Below the pieces are notes generated by a model. The model was given only the letters and a program-made list of their open reading frames with translations. It ran no database searches and had not been told where the DNA came from. From contig CAZXZO010000006.1 in NCBI GenBank assembly GCA_964645485.1, forward strand, positions 75,333 to 105,401: a stretch of 30,069 nt of DNA, given 5' to 3'. This document shows positions 25,062-30,069 of this stretch, piece after piece. Position numbers and translations under genes: made by a program. How positions within the stretch are numbered: the first letter of the stretch is position 1; the number at the start of each line of letters is the position of its first letter. This DNA is from an uncultured Candidatus Poseidoniales archaeon. GTDB lineage: Archaea; Thermoplasmatota; Poseidoniia; Poseidoniales; Thalassarchaeaceae.

Positions 25062-28000
25062 CTAATTCTGAGGCTCCCATGCCTCACCAGTCCAGCGGAG
25101 TAGAACACCATCAGGTTGACGATGCCAGGTCACACCATTCTCATCAACCCACTGTTCCGGCTCTGATGTAGTGACTTCGAGTTGTTCCACTTGGTTAAGG
25201 CCAAGGTCAGATTCAACTTCAGTCGGCATTGCCATGTCAGTCAACGATTCGGCTGGTTGAGCGGTTAAACCACCTGAGAATTGGTCTTTCTCATCTTCGC
25301 CTCCTCGCATCCTAATTACCAAAATTGCTCCAGCAACAATTGAGAATAGTACAAACATTCCTACTAACGCTAGTGCTAGGGGTGAAATGCCTCCTTCTTC
25401 CCCGTCAGATGCAGCTTGCTTGGTTACATCTTGAGGGAATGCATCATTGAGGTCAGAGACTCCATCACCATCTGAATCAAGACATCCCACTCGATCAATT
25501 GTAGATGTACCAGCGTCGTTAGGGCAATCGTCTTCGGAATCCATGTATTGGTCTGAATCACTATCCCATTGTGACTTTGAGCAACCGAAGTTGTTTGCTG
25601 TCTCATTACTTGGTGTGTTGCTACATTGGTCAACAGAATCATCAACACTATCATTGTCAGTATCAAGTTGATTATCTGCACATCCATCGTTGTTTACAGA
25701 AACTCCATCCTCAGTGCCTGGACATTCATCATCAGCATCAACCACGTAATCACCGTCGGTATCTCGCTGTGTAGCAGAACAGCCTTCGGAATTTACTTGT
25801 TCACCGGGAGGAGTATTCGGGCAATTATCGTAGAAATCTTTGACTGTGTCACCATCGGTATCACGTTGGTGGTCTGAGCAACCATCATTGTCAATAGTGG
25901 AAATATCTTGGGTGTTTGCACAACTGTCGACATTATCCTTTACTCCATCACTATCACTATCATCGATGCAACCATCCTGGTCATCATCGAATCCAGTGGC
26001 ATTTTCATAGCGGCAAGAGTCAGTGTCATCTTTGATATTGTCACCATCGCTATCATCGATGCAACCATCACCATCATTGTCGAAACCAGTTGCATTTACG
26101 AATCGGCAGTCATCTTGGTCATCTGGAATCATATCTCCATCAGAATCGTCGATACAACCATCCAAATCATTGTCATAGCCACTCGCATCAGTGGTTGGGC
26201 AATTATCCACATTATCTTTCACCAAGTCACCATCTGTGTCGTCAATACAACCATCATGGTCAGCATCCCAACCTGTTGAGTCTTCATTTATACAGTTGTC
26301 ATCAGGGTCATCATATCCGTCACCATCAGTGTCGTCAATACAGCCATCACCATCATTATCCCAACCGCTTGCATTCTCGAACAAGCAGTCATCAGATGCA
26401 TCCATGACTCCATCCCCATCACCATCTCGCTCGGTAGCAGAACATCCAGTAGAATCTACAGTTTCACCTTGAGGAGTGTCCGGACAATCGTCTGGGTTAG
26501 TTCCTAGTGGGTTATCCCCATATCCATCACCGTCACGGTCGGCCCACTGAGTTTGGTCACTTGGGAAAGCATCGGCATTGTTTCCTTGTGGATTATCCCC
26601 ATACCCATCACCATCACCATCGGCCCATTGTGTGCCATCAGTTGGGAAAGCATCGGGGTTGTTTCCTTGTGGATTATCACCGTAGCCATCTCCATCTTGG
26701 TCGGCCCACTGAGTACCATCTGTTGGGAATGCATCGGGGTTGTTTCCGTTCGCATTATCACCGTAGCCATCTCCATCTTGGTCGGCCCACTGAGTACCAT
26801 CTTGAGGGAAAGCGTCTGGGTTGTTTCCGGCTGGGTTATCACCCCATCCATCACCATCTCCATCAGACCATTGAGTGCCGTCAGCAGGGAATGCGTCACC
26901 GTTTGTCCCACTTGTGTTATCACCATAGCCGTCACCATCACTGTCCCACCACTGGGAAGGGTCAGTTGGCCAAAGGTCGCCACCAGTTACGTTTGAGTTA
27001 TCTCCATATCCATCTCCATCAGTATCTGACCACTGAGTAGAGTCGGTTGGGAAAGCATCACCATTAGTTCCGCTAGGATTATCTCCGTAGCCGTCACCAT
27101 CGCTGTCAACCCACTGGCTTGCATCATTTGGTAGCAAATCACCGTTATCTCCAACACCGTCACCATCGCTGTCAACCCACTCATTAGGGTCATTAGGGAA
27201 AGCGTCTGCATTGGTTCCATTCGGATTATCTCCGTAACCATCTCCGTCTACATCGGACCACTGACTTGAATCAGTCGGGAATGCATCAGAGTTGTTCCCC
27301 GAAGCGTTATCCCCATATCCATCGCCATCAGAATCTTGCCATTGAGTTGAGTCAAATGGGAACGCGTCTTGTGCATCGTTTACTCCATCGTTATCAGAAT
27401 CACGTTGGGTTGCTGCACATCCAAAAATGTCAACTGTCGCGTTCGATGGAGTATTGGCACAGAGGTCATTTTCATTCCAAACCCCATCACCATCATCATC
27501 ATGGACAATTAGGAAACAAATCGAATCATTACCCATCCAAACACTAGTAGCATTCCATAGATCTGCATATGCACAATAATATCCGCTTACTGAGGGTGTG
27601 TTGAATACCCAATTAAATGAACTATTAGCTGCACCCGCGGTGAAATTTGTAGGTGTTGAAAAATCAACTACCGTTCCATTTGAATATCTCTCTATATTCG
27701 CTTGAAGGATATAGTTATCACCAACATCCAAATCAACCGCATCGAAGTAAAATGTGTTAGTTGTTGCATTTGAATTTGCAGTTATGCCAGTCGCGTTGAT
27801 ACCCGGCCATGTTGGAGTGAAACAATCCTCGTGTTGACCAATTTGCACAAATGTTGAATTGAATAAGAATGTAGTAAAACAACGGATAGCCCCGCTACCT
27901 GGTTGATTCCAATTGACATTGTAACTCTGAGTACTGCTATTTGCTGTGAAATTACCACTACCTGATTGCAAGTAGGTTGTCCCACCTCCAATGTAAAGGT

Positions 28001-29915
28001 ACCATTCGTAATAGTACCCAGCACCTGCAGAAAGATTCTGAGCATCTATTGTACCACCAGTATCAGAACTAACGAAACCTTCCATCATTTCGTGATACAA
28101 ACAATCTAAATCATCATCTAAATAGATACCATTGGTCGAAGTCGTCACATCGTACAACTCACCATAAAGACAGAATGTACTCTCCTCTGCAAGAGTTACA
28201 AATGCAGGAATCATATTGTTTGAGCCGTTGGAGGTCCAGCCTTGAGTGAATGTGCCTAATGATGTGTAGTTAGTACCGTTCCACTCGAGTAAATATGCGT
28301 CAAGGTCATACGACGCCGTATTTGTGAGATTGCTCATGGTAAATTCACCATATGTAGCATTTGAGAAGAAAACTGTAGAAACAATTCCAGTTACATTGGT
28401 GACTGTGCTTCCACCCGAACTACTTTCAACCGTAATGTCATAATTATTGGTAGCAGATGACCACCCATACACATAGGCATACATCGTCATATTTGATGAA
28501 GGAGTATCTGTAACAGACTCGTCATCTGAAGTACTAGTCGAACTGTCAACAAAGTTTAGACTGCTATCGTATAATTCTAGGTCTAGGTCACCATTTGAAT
28601 GTGTAAATGAAATGTTAACCCAATATGTATTTCCAGATATTACGGGGAAAGAGAAGAAATCCTCGTCTGTTGAATTATGAATGGTCAAGTTTGTCTGAGA
28701 GAATGGAAGGCTAGTGCCAACCGCAGTAGCATTCGCCACCGTATCATTGGGTTCATTCACGTCCGCTGTAGGAGCAGGTGGCGCAGGGGTTGCAACTGAC
28801 TGCACACTGAAAGAATAATTTGATGCTCCCCCTGAACTGAATACTTGAACATAGTAAGATGTTGAGGATGTCGTGTTGAATATAACTTGTTCATTATTTG
28901 AGGAAGAATGGCTATAATCAACCATCCAATTGTTCAAGCCATTCCATTCGTAAACATTCAACTGAAGGTCTCCCACACTATGAGAGAAGGTCAGATTAAC
29001 CCAAACCATTTGTCCGGATGTTATGTTGAGAGTGTAATAATCATCATCACTACTATTGTGGATATTCACCCCATAACTGACATTTCCTAAAGTAATCGTT
29101 GTGGCACTAGAAGTCCCTTCATTTGGTTCATTTGAGTCTTGAGTTAAATTACCCGGCCCACTTGAATAGAAAGTTGTGTTGTGAGTATCTAACAAAGTGG
29201 ATGACCAGTATTCGTATAATCTGACAGATAAAGTGTAATTACCAGCCTGATTACCACGACTCCAAGATGCGGAATCAGTCATTGTAGAACTGTTTGGACT
29301 ATTCCAAATTCCACTATCACTGGTTTGCAATGAGCCACTAGGGAAGTAAACAAAAGCATACCATTGGTATGTTTGAGATGTATTAAGATTTGAACCTGTG
29401 ATACTTGCTGAGGTTGCTGTGGCCCCGGTTGCAATTATTGTCTCGGACGCCACTGAACCACTGCCGCCTCCAATAGTGAAATATGCGGTATCATTGACCA
29501 ATGAATTACCCACACTATCTGATAATTCCCCATTAATTGTGTAATTTCCTGTAACGGTAGGTGTTGTCCAACTAGCATTATAATTGATAGTGCCTGAACC
29601 ACCTATACCAGATATATATCCAAAATCGTAGTCATAGAGTGAACCATTGGGTGAATAAATGAATGCCCACCAATAATAAGAATCATTAGAATCAAGATTA
29701 CTTACAGATATAAACGCTGAATTATTGGCCACGTTTGTGACAGCAACAGTCTCATTTCCGGTTAATGCTGTGGCATTTGGCATACCTGCAGAAAGTGCTC
29801 CAACTACCATTAAGCAAGTCAAAATTAGACTGCTATTTCTATTCTTATCCACTTGATTGTTATTATGGAACATAATTTGGGCATGAGTCACGAATACTTG
29901 AACCCATGCATACAA
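25062..29915 (-). CDS. Giant membrane-anchored surface protein: Ig-like repeats, 2 PPC-like domains, long TSP3-like calcium-binding repeat stalk
   Basis: Signal-like segment; NEPN...DDDYY and NEPND...DEDFF PPC-like domains (about 28425-29140); many DxDGDG repeats; TM helix; Trp-rich tail. Start is 29915 or 29873. Confidence 0.8.
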   Translation of the reverse strand: MYAWVQVFVTHAQIMFHNNNQVDKNRNSSLILTCLMVVGALSAGMPNATALTGNETVAVTNVANNSAFISVSNLDSNDSYYWWAFIYSPNGSLYDYDFGYISGIGGSGTINYNASWTTPTVTGNYTINGELSDSVGNSLVNDTAYFTIGGGSGSVASETIIATGATATSASITGSNLNTSQTYQWYAFVYFPSGSLQTSDSGIWNSPNSSTMTDSASWSRGNQAGNYTLSVRLYEYWSSTLLDTHNTTFYSSGPGNLTQDSNEPNEGTSSATTITLGNVSYGVNIHNSSDDDYYTLNITSGQMVWVNLTFSHSVGDLQLNVYEWNGLNNWMVDYSHSSSNNEQVIFNTTSSTSYYVQVFSSGGASNYSFSVQSVATPAPPAPTADVNEPNDTVANATAVGTSLPFSQTNLTIHNSTDEDFFSFPVISGNTYWVNISFTHSNGDLDLELYDSSLNFVDSSTSTSDDESVTDTPSSNMTMYAYVYGWSSATNNYDITVESSSGGSTVTNVTGIVSTVFFSNATYGEFTMSNLTNTASYDLDAYLLEWNGTNYTSLGTFTQGWTSNGSNNMIPAFVTLAEESTFCLYGELYDVTTSTNGIYLDDDLDCLYHEMMEGFVSSDTGGTIDAQNLSAGAGYYYEWYLYIGGGTTYLQSGSGNFTANSSTQSYNVNWNQPGSGAIRCFTTFLFNSTFVQIGQHEDCFTPTWPGINATGITANSNATTNTFYFDAVDLDVGDNYILQANIERYSNGTVVDFSTPTNFTAGAANSSFNWVFNTPSVSGYYCAYADLWNATSVWMGNDSICFLIVHDDDGDGVWNENDLCANTPSNATVDIFGCAATQRDSDNDGVNDAQDAFPFDSTQWQDSDGDGYGDNASGNNSDAFPTDSSQWSDVDGDGYGDNPNGTNADAFPNDPNEWVDSDGDGVGDNGDLLPNDASQWVDSDGDGYGDNPSGTNGDAFPTDSTQWSDTDGDGYGDNSNVTGGDLWPTDPSQWWDSDGDGYGDNTSGTNGDAFPADGTQWSDGDGDGWGDNPAGNNPDAFPQDGTQWADQDGDGYGDNANGNNPDAFPTDGTQWADQDGDGYGDNPQGNNPDAFPTDGTQWADGDGDGYGDNPQGNNADAFPSDQTQWADRDGDGYGDNPLGTNPDDCPDTPQGETVDSTGCSATERDGDGDGVMDASDDCLFENASGWDNDGDGCIDDTDGDGYDDPDDNCINEDSTGWDADHDGCIDDTDGDLVKDNVDNCPTTDASGYDNDLDGCIDDSDGDMIPDDQDDCRFVNATGFDNDGDGCIDDSDGDNIKDDTDSCRYENATGFDDDQDGCIDDSDSDGVKDNVDSCANTQDISTIDNDGCSDHQRDTDGDTVKDFYDNCPNTPPGEQVNSEGCSATQRDTDGDYVVDADDECPGTEDGVSVNNDGCADNQLDTDNDSVDDSVDQCSNTPSNETANNFGCSKSQWDSDSDQYMDSEDDCPNDAGTSTIDRVGCLDSDGDGVSDLNDAFPQDVTKQAASDGEEGGISPLALALVGMFVLFSIVAGAILVIRMRGGEDEKDQFSGGLTAQPAESLTDMAMPTEVESDLGLNQVEQLEVTTSEPEQWVDENGVTWHRQPDGVLLRWTGEAWEPQN
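25420..27500 (-). repeat. Intragenic tandem array of thrombospondin type-3-like calcium-binding repeats
   Basis: About ten 27-aa units (DxDGDGYGDNxxGxNxDAFPxDxTQW, 81-bp period), about five 31-aa units (ending GxDxDxDGCID) and several units of about 33 aa (DxDxDxVxDxxDxCxxT...GC). Confidence 0.85.
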
Positions 29916-29921
29916 TACAAA

Positions 29922-29938
29922 CTCGCCCTTAGGGCGAT
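29922..29938. promoter_or_regulatory. 17-bp palindrome, copy 3 (CTCGCCCT-T-AGGGCGAT)
   Basis: Inverted repeat with one terminal mismatch, 6 nt upstream of ATG 29915; shares a flanking TGCTTKGAAT box at identical spacing with copy 1. Confidence 0.6.
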
Positions 29939-30069
29939 GTATTTTTGCTTGGAATGAGAAAAGAAAGAACTGAATCTCGTGACTGACTAAACTGATTCGA
30001 CAACATTTTGGTTAAATTTGGCGCCGTGTGCAGGCTGAAAATCGGTCTCGAACTTCCCTCGCTACGCTC

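Noticed and set aside
26500-27400. Regularly spaced DNA repeats resembling a CRISPR array
   Set aside because: The period is 81 bp (27 codons), in frame within a long ORF; the 'spacers' are themselves similar, and no cas genes or leader are present.
26090-27547. His-rich and other alternative-frame ORFs (e.g. 26504-26983, 26507-27040, 26553-26996)
   Set aside because: These are shadows of the Asp/Gly-rich repeat gene, whose GAT/GGT codons give stop-poor other frames.

Overview
Gene-dense archaeal chromosomal window. The gene set (CDP-archaeol synthase, archaeal-type SHMT, many large membrane-anchored secreted proteins with DxDxDG calcium repeats, choice-of-anchor-T-like paralogs) most resembles Marine Group II Euryarchaeota (Ca. 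Poseidoniales); this is inferred from recalled family patterns, not a database search. Contents in order: purD (cut by the left edge), carS, four surface/membrane proteins, a CAU-anticodon tRNA (probably tRNA-Ile2), a SAMHD1-like HD hydrolase, a membrane protein with a membrane-anchored S8 protease, and two convergent beta-rich exported proteins. Then comes a co-directional block: multi-OB-fold exported protein > orphan TctA/DUF112 permease > 6x lamin-tail-domain/phospholipase-D-family giant protein > pyrimidine-nucleoside phosphorylase. glyA and a 1617-aa PPC/TSP3-repeat surface protein follow. Two leads stand out: (1) the 14113-23708 block may be an undescribed system for capturing, importing and salvaging extracellular nucleic acid; (2) a 17-bp palindrome (CTCRCCC-N3-GGGYGAK) lies upstream of the three largest secreted-protein genes and looks like the operator of an unrecognised regulon. 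No integrase, transposase, rRNA or CRISPR array was found. All function calls come from motifs read by eye.
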